From Actinomycetota bacterium (GTDB lineage: Bacteria; Actinomycetota; UBA4738; HRBIN12), in NCBI GenBank assembly GCA_041287635.1, contig JBGGNG010000152.1, positions 11 to 64,010 of the forward strand: a DNA stretch of 64,000 bases. The letters are read 5' to 3'. The number at the start of each line of letters is the position of its first letter. The first letter of the stretch is position 1. Under the pieces are notes generated by a model. That model was not told the origin of the DNA. It saw only the letters and a program-made list of their open reading frames with translations, and searched no databases. The position numbers and the translations under genes are program-made. This document shows positions 1 to 8,591 of the stretch, piece after piece.

Positions 1-126
1 CAGCGACGCCGGGTCTGCCGGGAGCTCGAGCCTCACCGTTCCGTCGAGTGCTTGCACCGCTTCCTTCCTATACTGAGTCGTCCGCAGCGCGGCGTGCGCG
101 TCATCACGATAGAGGAGTAGTTCTCC

Positions 127-459
127 ATGGAACCATCGTTCGAAACCCGAACGGCCGGAACGTGGACTGTGATCACGGCGCGAGGGGAGCTCGACCTCTC
201 GTCGTCCGAGCACCTGCGCTCGGCCCTTGACGCCGGCTTGGTCGACGGTGCACCCCGCATGGCGGTCGACCTGTCCGAGGTTTCCTTCATGGATTCGAGC
301 AGCCTGGGAGTGTTGGTCGCCGCGCTCAAACGCGCCCGCGACCAGGGCGGAGAGCTCCGTCTCGTCGGCGTGCACGGGTCGCCGCTCAAGGTCATCGAGC
401 TCACGGGACTCGACTCCGCGTTCGCGATGGAGTCCTCCCTCGACGACCTCCCCGCGTGA
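127..459 (+). CDS. STAS-domain anti-sigma-factor antagonist (RsbV/SpoIIAA-like)
   Basis: 110 aa. Typical STAS pattern: ITARGELDLSSSEHLRSAL...VDLSEVSFMDSSSLGVLV...LRLVGVHGSPLKVIELTGL. Confidence 0.85.
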   Translation: MEPSFETRTAGTWTVITARGELDLSSSEHLRSALDAGLVDGAPRMAVDLSEVSFMDSSSLGVLVAALKRARDQGGELRLVGVHGSPLKVIELTGLDSAFAMESSLDDLPA

Positions 460-463
460 CTCC

Positions 464-829
464 GTGAACGGTGGCCACGCGGAACAGCGGTGCGTCCTGC
501 ATGTCCCTTCCGAGGTGCCGATGCTCGCGACGGTGCGTGTCTTCGTGGGTGCGTTCCTTGGGCCATTCGCTGATGATGAACCGATCGAGGACCTCCAGCT
601 GGTCGTCGGCGAGGTCTGCAGCGTCATGCGCCAGGGCGGCGTGGAGATCGCCATCGAGATCGAGGGTGAGCGAGCCCACGTGGCATGCCAGGGGGTCGTG
701 CCACCCGGCGACGACGAGGCCGGCACGATGCGCCTGCAGGTGATCGAGGCGCTCGCCCCAGACGTTGCGTGGGCAGACGGCGCGGTGCGCTTCAGCGTGC
801 CACTCGCACGTGACGCTCAGATCCAGTAA
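464..829 (+). CDS. Hypothetical protein, possibly a degenerate RsbW-like regulatory domain
   Basis: In-frame GTG 5 nt after the STAS stop. The N-terminus (LHVPSEVPMLATVRVFVGAFLG...DLQLVVGEVCSVM) resembles the start of anti-sigma kinases, but no clear ATP-binding boxes are seen. Confidence 0.35.
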   Translation: MNGGHAEQRCVLHVPSEVPMLATVRVFVGAFLGPFADDEPIEDLQLVVGEVCSVMRQGGVEIAIEIEGERAHVACQGVVPPGDDEAGTMRLQVIEALAPDVAWADGAVRFSVPLARDAQIQ

Positions 830-879
830 GCGCCGCCTCTTGCCACGAGGTCCGGCTCGATGGCAAGGTCGGATGTCAC

Positions 880-3285
880 GTGCCGGACGCTGAGGGGGTG
901 GACGAAGCGAGCGGGGCACAGTCTGCACCTGAGAGCGGGCCGGAGCGGACCGCCATGGGTACCGCCGTTCCCGTGGCGGAGCAGCTCACTCTGCTTCGTC
1001 GGTTCACCGAGGTCTTGGCATCGGCTTCCTCGGTCGAGGAGCTGGTCTCCGTGCTCTTCGACCGAGCCCAGCGCACCCTCGGCACCGTAGCGGGGGCACT
1101 CCTCGATCTCGACGGCGAGACGCTCAAGGTCACGGGTTCGTTCGGCTACCCACCCGAGATCGTCGAGACCTGGGGTGAGGTGCCCCTGAGCGCGCCGTTG
1201 CCCGCCCCCGAGGCGGTGCGAACGGGCGAGCCGGTCGTGATCGGTACGCGCGCGGAGTACGAGCAGCGTTTCCCATCGGCGACCGGCATCGTCGCCGACG
1301 AAGGTGCGGTGCTCGCGATCCCGCTCACGGACGACGGCCGCCCCGTCGGTTCCCTCGGGCTCCGCTTCCTCACCGCCCGACAATTCTCCGATGACGATAT
1401 CGAGGTCCTCGTAGCGGCAGCGCAGCAGTTCACCCTCGCGCGCAGCAGGCTCGCCCTACTGGACGGCGAACGGAGCGCCAGGGCCGATGCCGAGAAAGCG
1501 AACGGCCGACTCACGTTCCTGGCGTCCGCTAGCCGCGAGATCGCGACGTCGCTCGACTACGAGCGCACGCTGTCGGCCGTCGCTCGCATGGCCGTGCCGG
1601 GTCTGGCGGATTGGTGTGCCGTCGACCTTCTCGACGACGACGGCGAGCTGCGCCAGCTCGCGGTCGCCCATGTCGACCCGGACAAGGTGACGATGGCGCA
1701 GGAGCTGCGGCGACGCTACCCGCCCGACCCCGACGCCCCCTACGGACTTCCGGCTGCCATCCGATCCGGGCGCTCCGAGCTCATCGAGGAGATCCCTCGG
1801 GAGCTCCTGGAAGAAGCCGTCGCCGACAAGCCGGAGCTCCGGGCGCTCCTCGACGAGCTGCAGCTGCGGAGCTCCATGGTCGTGCCGATGGTGCTGCACG
1901 GCGAGGCGATCGGCGCGATCAGCTTCGTGATGGCGGAGTCGGGACGCCGGTACACACCGCTCGATCTACAGCTCGCGGAGGAGCTCGCCGCCAGGGCGGC
2001 GATCGCGATCGGCAATGCCCGGCTCTACGGCGCCGAACAGCGCGCCCGATCGGCCGCCGAGGAGGCCCGTAGCCGCACGGAGATGCTCGTGGAACTCGGG
2101 GATCGACTGACCTCGTCTCCGGAGCTACAGTCGGCCGCTGCGGCCTTCGCTCGCTTCCTCGCAGATGAGCAAGGGGACGGCGTCACGGTCTGCCTGCTGG
2201 ATCGCGACGGCATCGCCTCGCTCACGGCGCATGCACGCACACAGGACCGAAAGGTTTGCGATGCCTCGCAGCGCGGTATCGCACCGCTCGACGACGATGA
2301 TCCAGACGACCCTGTGAATCGAGCGGTCCTCGACCGCGTGGCGGTGACCGGCCGGTCACCCGACGATGCGTGGATACCGCGCTGGCTCGGTTCGGACCGA
2401 GTGTGGCATTCGGCCGTCGTCGTACCGATCGCCTCCGGCGCCCGGACGCTGGGTGCGGTCGTGATCGGCCGTGAGGAAGATCGCGCACCCTTCTCGCCGG
2501 ACGAGCACCGGTTCATCGACGATCTGGCCGACCGAGCGGCGCAGGCGCTCGATAACGCGAGGCTCTATAGCGAGCAGCGTTTCATCGCCGACACCCTCCA
2601 GACGAGCCTGTTACCCCCCTCCGTTCCCCACGTGCCCGGGTATGACATCGCCTTCGCGTACCGACCGGCGGGTGACGGCAGACAGGTCGGCGGCGACTTC
2701 TACGACGTGGTCGACATGGACACATCGGTGATCCTCGTCGTCGGCGACGTGAGCGGCAAGGGGAGTCGGGCGGCCGCGGTCATGGCTCTATCCCGATACG
2801 CGATCCGTACCGCGGCCCTGCGGAGCACGCGGCCGTCGGAGATGCTCGAGACGGTGAACGAGTCGCTCATGCGTCAGCCGGCGCACGACCGCTTCACCAC
2901 CGCCGCGGTCGTGCGCCTCGCATCGATGGACGGGCGCATGACGGCGGCGGTTGCCGGGCATCCGCTGCCGATCGTCGTGAGGGCCGACGGGGCTGTCGAG
3001 AGGATCGGACGGCCGGGGAGCCTGCTCGGGGTCTTCCCCGACCCCACCCTGCACGACGTCGGCGGACACCTGCACCCCGGCGACCTGCTGATCCTGTACA
3101 CCGACGGCCTGACGGACGCGAGGCGCGGAGACGATCGGTTCGGGGAGGAGCGGCTGGTGGAGGTTCTCTCCCTGCGATCCGGCGGCCCCGAGGAGGTCGT
3201 GGGCCGAGCGATGGAGGCCGTGACGACCTTCGCAGCAGATGACCTCTCCGACGACATCGCCCTCTTGGTGGCGCGACGGCGATGA
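880..3285 (+). CDS. Multi-GAF sensor fused to a PP2C/SpoIIE-type serine phosphatase (RsbU/RsbP-like)
   Basis: 801 aa. It has repeated GAF-like segments and a C-terminal PP2C signature (GGDFYDV...VVGDVSGKG...LLILYTDGLTDAR). The start is uncertain (GTG 880 or ATG 955). Its stop overlaps the next STAS gene. Confidence 0.85.
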   Translation: MPDAEGVDEASGAQSAPESGPERTAMGTAVPVAEQLTLLRRFTEVLASASSVEELVSVLFDRAQRTLGTVAGALLDLDGETLKVTGSFGYPPEIVETWGEVPLSAPLPAPEAVRTGEPVVIGTRAEYEQRFPSATGIVADEGAVLAIPLTDDGRPVGSLGLRFLTARQFSDDDIEVLVAAAQQFTLARSRLALLDGERSARADAEKANGRLTFLASASREIATSLDYERTLSAVARMAVPGLADWCAVDLLDDDGELRQLAVAHVDPDKVTMAQELRRRYPPDPDAPYGLPAAIRSGRSELIEEIPRELLEEAVADKPELRALLDELQLRSSMVVPMVLHGEAIGAISFVMAESGRRYTPLDLQLAEELAARAAIAIGNARLYGAEQRARSAAEEARSRTEMLVELGDRLTSSPELQSAAAAFARFLADEQGDGVTVCLLDRDGIASLTAHARTQDRKVCDASQRGIAPLDDDDPDDPVNRAVLDRVAVTGRSPDDAWIPRWLGSDRVWHSAVVVPIASGARTLGAVVIGREEDRAPFSPDEHRFIDDLADRAAQALDNARLYSEQRFIADTLQTSLLPPSVPHVPGYDIAFAYRPAGDGRQVGGDFYDVVDMDTSVILVVGDVSGKGSRAAAVMALSRYAIRTAALRSTRPSEMLETVNESLMRQPAHDRFTTAAVVRLASMDGRMTAAVAGHPLPIVVRADGAVERIGRPGSLLGVFPDPTLHDVGGHLHPGDLLILYTDGLTDARRGDDRFGEERLVEVLSLRSGGPEEVVGRAMEAVTTFAADDLSDDIALLVARRR

Positions 3286-3641
3286 CCCTGCCTCCCTTCG
3301 AAACAAAGGTCGACGAGGACCGGTCGGTCGTTTCGGCGAGCGGAGACCTCGATCTGTCGAGCGCCCCCGCGCTCGAGCGGGCGATCGAGCGGGCGATCGA
3401 CGGGGACAACGACACGCTTACGCTCGACCTGCGCGGCTTGCGTTTCATCGATTCGACCGGACTGCGTCTGGTGCTGACCACCGATGCCAGGCTCCGAGAG
3501 CGCGGCGGTCACCTGAGCGTCGTGAGGGGCCCTGAGGTGGTGCACCGTGTGTTCGAGCTCGCCGTGCTCGAGGACCGCCTGACGTTCGTGGATGGCCGCG
3601 ACATCGGCGACGGTTCGACCGACGGTGAGAAACCGACATGA
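3282..3641 (+). CDS. STAS-domain anti-sigma-factor antagonist
   Basis: 119 aa with SASGDLDLSSAPALERAI...LDLRGLRFIDSTGLRLVL. The start overlaps the phosphatase stop by 4 nt. Confidence 0.85.
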   Translation: MTLPPFETKVDEDRSVVSASGDLDLSSAPALERAIERAIDGDNDTLTLDLRGLRFIDSTGLRLVLTTDARLRERGGHLSVVRGPEVVHRVFELAVLEDRLTFVDGRDIGDGSTDGEKPT

Positions 3642-4045
3642 CCCCTCCGGTGGTGGTCGTGCTGGAGCCGACGCCGAGCGCGGTCCGGCTCGCGCGTGCC
3701 TCGGTCGACCGTCTGAGGGATCAGCTGACCGAGCGGCAGCTCGACGATGCTCGCCTGCTCGTGAGCGAGCTGGTCACCAACAGCCTTCGGCACGCCGCCC
3801 TCACGCCCGATCAATCGATCGAACTGACGCTGGAGGTCGACGCCGAGGTGTTACGCGCCGAGGTGCGTGACCCGGGGGAGGGATTCGTTCACGAGCCGCG
3901 CGCTCCGGACCCTGAAAGTGCGGCTGGCTGGGGATTGTTCCTCGTGTCGAAGCTCGCGTCCCGATGGGGCGTGCAGCGCGACGGCTCCACGCGGGTCTGG
4001 TTCGAGCTGCCGATATCGGCGTCTGCGTCCACCGGCGAGCACTGA
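3638..4045 (+). CDS. RsbW/SpoIIAB-like anti-sigma factor serine kinase (HATPase_c)
   Basis: 135 aa. N-box SELVTNSLRHA, G1 DPGEGF, G2 GWGLFLVSKLA. Overlaps the STAS stop by 4 nt. Confidence 0.8.
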   Translation: MTPPVVVVLEPTPSAVRLARASVDRLRDQLTERQLDDARLLVSELVTNSLRHAALTPDQSIELTLEVDAEVLRAEVRDPGEGFVHEPRAPDPESAAGWGLFLVSKLASRWGVQRDGSTRVWFELPISASASTGEH

Positions 4046-4052
4046 CCCCGAC

Positions 4053-4078
4053 GTTTCGCCGGACCGGCGCCCGGGTAT
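4053..4078 (+). promoter_or_regulatory. SigmaB/SigF-type promoter candidate (GTTT-N16-GGGTAT)
   Basis: GTTT at 4053-4056, a 16-nt spacer, then GGGTAT at 4073-4078. It lies 43 nt upstream of ATG 4121, which has an AGGAGG RBS. Confidence 0.5.
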
Positions 4079-4120
4079 CTGGCCGCTGATGCTTCCCAGT
4101 GGCGAGCCAGGAGGTCACGG

Positions 4121-4342
4121 ATGAGCCAGATCACGAACGCCTCGGTCGTACGCGGCCGCATGGCCCCGGGAGAGGTCCGGGCGACGTCGGTGCACGGACG
4201 AGGACGTGTGTGCAGGGCCGCAGAGTGCGACACGGTGCTGTCGATGTACAACGCGACCGGATCGTGCTGGCAGCACGAGGAACCACACACCTACGTGCTC
4301 CAGGCCCCTCGCAAGAAGCGACGCGACGCGAGGGTGGCGTAG
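4121..4342 (+). CDS. Small Cys/His zinc-finger-like protein
   Basis: 73 aa. Motif CRAAECDTVLSMYNATGSCWQHE, a strong RBS (AGGAGG), a stress-type promoter upstream, and GC3 about 84%. Confidence 0.5.
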   Translation: MSQITNASVVRGRMAPGEVRATSVHGRGRVCRAAECDTVLSMYNATGSCWQHEEPHTYVLQAPRKKRRDARVA

Positions 4343-4546
4343 ATGGAAGTGCGGCGGCCCCCCCTGCCGCACGCGCCGAGTCGGGGCCGGGGGCACGATC
4401 CGGTGCCTCCGCCCCGGCCGCCGGCGCCGCCGCAGCCACCTCCACCGCCGGAACCGACCCCGCAACCGGCGCCGGTTCCACCGCCACCGGTGATCGTCGT
4501 CGGCAGTTGACACGTACGAGCAACCATACGAATGGAAGGAGCACTG

Positions 4547-5266
4547 ATGCGAACCACCACCATCGACATCGATCGACCTCGAGGTGGGCCGTTGGTCCGC
4601 TGGGGCGCGATCGTGACCGGCGCGGTCTGGGGCCTCGCGATCATGGCCGTCCTGACCTCGCTCTGGCTTGCGCTCGCCTTCCCGTCCGGCATCGACGTGG
4701 TCCGCGACGAGCTCGAGTGGTTCCTCGCTGGATCGGGCGCCTTCGCCCTCTTCGTCGCGGGGCTCCTCGCCGGAATCCTCACCGACAATCGGGGCCCGGG
4801 CTCGGGCTGGCTGCATGGCATGACCGCGTGGGGCACGCTGCTGATCGCGACGCTCATCTTCGGCGTTCCCTCGATCTTCGGACTCTTCTCCGAGGTCCAG
4901 CTCCGGACGATCGACGGCGGCGATGTGCTCGGCACGGGCGTAAGCGACGCGATGTGGCCGACGTTCATCACGCTCGTGGTCGGTGCGGTGGCTGCCGCGA
5001 TCGGGGGTCTGATCGGTGGAGCGCCGCGCCGCTCGGTCGGCTCGAGCGGGCTCGAGGCCGCCCGGTACGCCGAGTTCGACCGACGCTCGGACACGGAGCC
5101 ACTCGACGACGAGCCACGCCTGCGCACGAACGCGGGCGACGTCGAGGGCGACGACGACCGGGTGATGGTTCGCCGGGCCGCCGACGGCAGCTACGTCGAT
5201 CAGCACGGCCGCCGGTTCACGCCGGAAACAACCGGCGCTCGCGGTTCCGACATCGATATCAGCTGA
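4547..5266 (+). CDS. Integral membrane protein, function unknown
   Basis: Several hydrophobic helices (WGAIVTGAVWGLAIMAVLTSLWLALAF and others). AAGGAG lies 5 nt upstream of ATG 4547. The alternative ATG at 4532 sits inside the RBS. Confidence 0.6.
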   Translation: MRTTTIDIDRPRGGPLVRWGAIVTGAVWGLAIMAVLTSLWLALAFPSGIDVVRDELEWFLAGSGAFALFVAGLLAGILTDNRGPGSGWLHGMTAWGTLLIATLIFGVPSIFGLFSEVQLRTIDGGDVLGTGVSDAMWPTFITLVVGAVAAAIGGLIGGAPRRSVGSSGLEAARYAEFDRRSDTEPLDDEPRLRTNAGDVEGDDDRVMVRRAADGSYVDQHGRRFTPETTGARGSDIDIS

Positions 5267-5371
5267 GCTCGCCGACCCACACCGGCGCGTGCGGGCCGGG
5301 GCCTGCCTCCTGGAGACCCCGGCCATGCGGCGTCTCGAGCGGGATCGCGCCCGGGGTAGGATTCCCGGGCC

Positions 5372-6277
5372 ATGAACCCGGTGAAGGCAGCACTCCTGTG
5401 GGCATCAGAGAGTGCGCTCCTTAGGACCCGACTCCCACAGCTGTCGTTCGTGCAGCGCTCCGTCGCCCGCTTCATGCCGGGCGAGGACGCCGAGGACGCC
5501 CTGGGAGCAGCGGGTCGGCTGGCCTCTGAGGGCATCCCCGTGTCGTTCACGCGCCTGGGCGAGAACACGACCGATCTCGCCCAGGCCGCGGAGGCGGCGG
5601 GCGACTACCTGAGGCTCCTCGACCGGATCGAGGAGCTCGGGCTCGATGCCGAGATCTCCGTGAAGCTCACCCAGCTCGGGTACGACCTCGACCCGGCCGT
5701 CACCGCCACCCACCTGGGACGCCTCGTCGACCGTTCAGCCGAGATCGACCGGACCTGCTGGATCGACATCGAGTCGACCCCGTACGTCGACGGCACCCTC
5801 GATCTCTACGAGGCACAGCTCGCCCGCTCGCCGAAGGTCGGGTTGTGTCTGCAGGCGTACCTGCGTCGCACCTACGACGACATCCAGCACCTGCTGCCTT
5901 CCGGTCCTTCCATCAGGCTCGTGAAGGGTGCCTACCGGGAGCCGAAGGACCTCGTCTTCACATCGAAGGCCGCGATCGACGAGAGCTACTACAGGCTCGC
6001 GCAGCACCTCGTGCAGGGTGGAGCCCGCCGCGTGGTCCTGGGGTCGCACGACACCGATCTGATCGGGCGCATCGAGACATCGCTGGGGGGGCACGACGAC
6101 TTCGAGATCGCGATGCTCTTCGGCATCCGCGGCGACGAACAGCGGCGATACGCGAGCGAGGGCTACGCGATCCGCACCCTGATCTCGTACGGTCCGTCGT
6201 GGTACCCATGGTTCATGCGCCGGATCGCCGAGAAGCCGGTCGAGAACACGCTGCTGGCACTCCGCAACCTCGTCTAA
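5372..6277 (+). CDS. Proline dehydrogenase family protein
   Basis: 301 aa. Typical monofunctional PRODH pattern (FMPGEDAEDAL...ISVKLTQLG...IRLVKGAY...GSHD). Confidence 0.85.
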   Translation: MNPVKAALLWASESALLRTRLPQLSFVQRSVARFMPGEDAEDALGAAGRLASEGIPVSFTRLGENTTDLAQAAEAAGDYLRLLDRIEELGLDAEISVKLTQLGYDLDPAVTATHLGRLVDRSAEIDRTCWIDIESTPYVDGTLDLYEAQLARSPKVGLCLQAYLRRTYDDIQHLLPSGPSIRLVKGAYREPKDLVFTSKAAIDESYYRLAQHLVQGGARRVVLGSHDTDLIGRIETSLGGHDDFEIAMLFGIRGDEQRRYASEGYAIRTLISYGPSWYPWFMRRIAEKPVENTLLALRNLV

Positions 6278-6308
6278 GTCGGCTGCGCCTCCACGTAGAC
6301 TCCCGGCC

Positions 6309-7178
6309 ATGATGCCACGCCTGCACGGGGCGATCGCGGCGAGCGTGACCCCGATGCGTGAGGGTGGCCGAGCCGTCGACGTCGACGCGATCGAGGGCCT
6401 CACCCGGTTCCTCGCCGACGGGGGGGTCGACGGCGTGCTCGCATGCGGCACCACGGGAGAGGGCGTGCTCCTCGACGTGGTGGAACGTCGCGCGGTCTCG
6501 GAAGCCTTCGTGGCACATGCTCCCGAGGACTTCGATGTCGCCGTCCACGCCGGGGCTCAGACGACGAGGGACACGATCGCGCTCGCTGCCCACGCCCAGG
6601 AGATCGGCGCCGCGGCGGTCGCTGTGATCGCCCCGCCGTACTTCCCGCTCGACGGCTACGAGCTCACGCGCCACCTCGCAAGCGCGGCGAACGCCGCGGA
6701 TCCTCTGCCGTTCTACGTCTACGAGTTCGCGGGGCGCAGTGGATACGCGATCCCGCTCGCCGTGGTGGCCCGGGTGCAGGAGTCGGCTCCGAACGTCGTG
6801 GGCATGAAGGTCTCGGACTCCCCCTTCGCCGCGGTCGAGCCCTACCTCGGGCTCGACCTCGAGGTCTTCATCGGGTCGGAGCCACTCGCGTTGCAGGGCA
6901 TGGCGGCTGGCGCGATCGGTACCGTGAGCGGCCTGGCCGCCGCGTTCCCCGCGATCACGGCCTCCCTCGTGCACGAGCGGAGCGACGCCGCGCACACCCA
7001 GGTCTGCCGCCTGCGAGACGAGCTCGCCGGTATCCCCTTCCACGCCGCGCTCAAGGAGGTGCTCGTCGCCCGCGACGTGCTCGTGGACCCCGCCGTGCGG
7101 GCTCCGTTGCGCGGGCTCGACGACATCGAGCGCGAGCGCGTGCTGGGACTCTCCCGGGAACTGCTGGGCCCAAGCTAG
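6309..7178 (+). CDS. Dihydrodipicolinate synthase/N-acetylneuraminate lyase family (DapA-like) aldolase
   Basis: 289 aa. N-terminal pattern AASVTPM...GVDGVLACGTTGEGVLL. Adjacent to proline dehydrogenase, so a hydroxyproline or proline-derivative catabolic role is possible. Confidence 0.8.
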   Translation: MMPRLHGAIAASVTPMREGGRAVDVDAIEGLTRFLADGGVDGVLACGTTGEGVLLDVVERRAVSEAFVAHAPEDFDVAVHAGAQTTRDTIALAAHAQEIGAAAVAVIAPPYFPLDGYELTRHLASAANAADPLPFYVYEFAGRSGYAIPLAVVARVQESAPNVVGMKVSDSPFAAVEPYLGLDLEVFIGSEPLALQGMAAGAIGTVSGLAAAFPAITASLVHERSDAAHTQVCRLRDELAGIPFHAALKEVLVARDVLVDPAVRAPLRGLDDIERERVLGLSRELLGPS

Positions 7179-7654
7179 CTCGGCTTCTCCGGTGGCGGGA
7201 GGTGCCGCGCCTCGGCGTGTCGCAGCACGAACGAGAAGGTGCCGTCGGGCTCGATCACCCCATAGCGGATGAGGGCGAGGTCGGCGATGCCCTGCTCCCG
7301 TGCCGACGACACGACTTCCTCCGAGGTGAGGCGCTCCATCACCAGCGGCTCATCGAGGAGCCTGCCCTCGTCGACCACGACGATCGGGACGCCCTCGATC
7401 ACCTTCTTCGAACCCCGCCATCGGTAGCCCACGTACGACGTCGCCACGACCAGCAGCGCGATCGTGCCGACCGCGAGCATGGCGCCGGTCACCGACATGT
7501 CCTCCTGGGTCACGCCCTGCTGCACGAGGTCGCCGATCGTCACGATCAGCACGAGCTCGAACGCCGACATCTCGGCGAGCTCCTTCTTGCCGATCGCGCG
7601 GGTGAGCATCCACAGGAAGGCGTAGATCACGACCGCCCGCAGCACGATCTCCAT
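7175..7654 (-). CDS. DUF421 (YetF-like) membrane protein
   Basis: 159 aa with MEIVLRAVVIYAFLWMLTRAIGKKELAEMSAFELVLIVTIGDLVQQ, characteristic of DUF421. Confidence 0.8.
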   Translation of the reverse strand: MEIVLRAVVIYAFLWMLTRAIGKKELAEMSAFELVLIVTIGDLVQQGVTQEDMSVTGAMLAVGTIALLVVATSYVGYRWRGSKKVIEGVPIVVVDEGRLLDEPLVMERLTSEEVVSSAREQGIADLALIRYGVIEPDGTFSFVLRHAEARHLPPPEKPS

Positions 7655-8106
7655 CAGGGCATCACCACCGTTCGGTACTCCACCGACAGTGGGGGAAGAC
7701 CCTCGGACTCGATCGCGGTGACGGCGCTCGCGCCGAGGTTGAAGGTCGGTGTCGCACGACCGTCGAACGAGAGCTCGAACACCTCGCCCTGCGGGCGCTC
7801 GAACGTCAGCAGCAGGTCGTCACCGCGAACCGTCGTGGCTGAAGGCTCCGGGTACCACTGATTGAAGTCGAACGACTCGAAGTACCCCTTGGTGGTGACG
7901 ATCGTCACCGGCCCCGGGAACCCGGCGTCGCGACGGACCTCGACGCTCCACGGGGTCGAGAGGCCCGGTCTCGTGACCGAGGCGTAGGTCACCGCCAGGC
8001 TCGTCCCGTCGGATTCGGCGGACGCCTGGCCGACCCGCACGCCGACGAGGTTCGCGACACCGAGCACCACGAGCACACCGAGGACCCCGGTACCGACGCG
8101 ACGCAT
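7654..8106 (-). CDS. Secreted or membrane-anchored hypothetical protein
   Basis: 150 aa with an N-terminal signal/anchor (MRRVGTGVLGVLVVLGVANLVG). Its stop overlaps the DUF421 start (ATGA). It is embedded in a long artefactual ORF. Confidence 0.55.
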   Translation of the reverse strand: MRRVGTGVLGVLVVLGVANLVGVRVGQASAESDGTSLAVTYASVTRPGLSTPWSVEVRRDAGFPGPVTIVTTKGYFESFDFNQWYPEPSATTVRGDDLLLTFERPQGEVFELSFDGRATPTFNLGASAVTAIESEGLPPLSVEYRTVVMP

Positions 8107-8186
8107 CGCTCGGAACCGGCGCTGACTCTCGATCGGCACATCGTCGGGCCGGGTCGACGTGGCGCTCCCCCCCTCGGCCACGTGAC

Positions 8187-8534
8187 TCACCGACTTCGTC
8201 GACCGGTGCGGCGGTTCACCGCCCGCAGCAGCTGCTCCTTGTTCATCCGGGATCGACCGTCGATGTTCAGGTCCTTCGCCTCCTCGTACAGCTGATCCCG
8301 GGTACGACCACCGGCGCCTCGATGCGAACGGAGACCCCCACGGCGTCCGCTCGAGATGTCCTCGCGTGACGAGCGAGAGCTCGTCTTCGCCTCCCCCGAG
8401 CGGGCGCGCTCCTTGTTGACCGTGCGCGCCGCGATCTCTTCGGACGAATCCTCGGACCGGCCGCGTTCGCGCAGCCCCTCCTTGATGTGCTCGTACTGGC
8501 GTTCCCGCTTCGCGTTCCACCCCTTCTGCGGCAT
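8187..8534 (-). CDS. Small basic stress-type protein with a Rho-N-terminal-like (SAP-like) C-terminal motif
   Basis: 115 aa starting MPQKGWNAKRERQYEHIKEGL and ending QLYEEAKDLNIDGRSRMNKEQLLRAV. Confidence 0.6.
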   Translation of the reverse strand: MPQKGWNAKRERQYEHIKEGLRERGRSEDSSEEIAARTVNKERARSGEAKTSSRSSREDISSGRRGGLRSHRGAGGRTRDQLYEEAKDLNIDGRSRMNKEQLLRAVNRRTGRRSR

Positions 8535-8565
8535 CACGCATCCCTCCTCGTCGGACGCCTCGGTG

Positions 8566-8591
8566 GTTCCCTCCGGATCGGGTCGGCAAAC
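8566..8591 (-). promoter_or_regulatory. SigmaB/SigF-type promoter candidate (GTTT-N16-GGGAAC)
   Basis: The minus strand reads GTTTGCCGACCCGATCCGGAGGGAAC, about 30 nt upstream of ATG 8534. It shares the 11-mer GTTTGCCGACC with the site at 15463-15473. Confidence 0.4.

Noticed and set aside
52-74. A sigma70-like TTGCAC ... TATACT pair upstream of the first STAS gene.
   Set aside because: The spacer between the hexamers is only 11 nt, which is incompatible with a housekeeping promoter.
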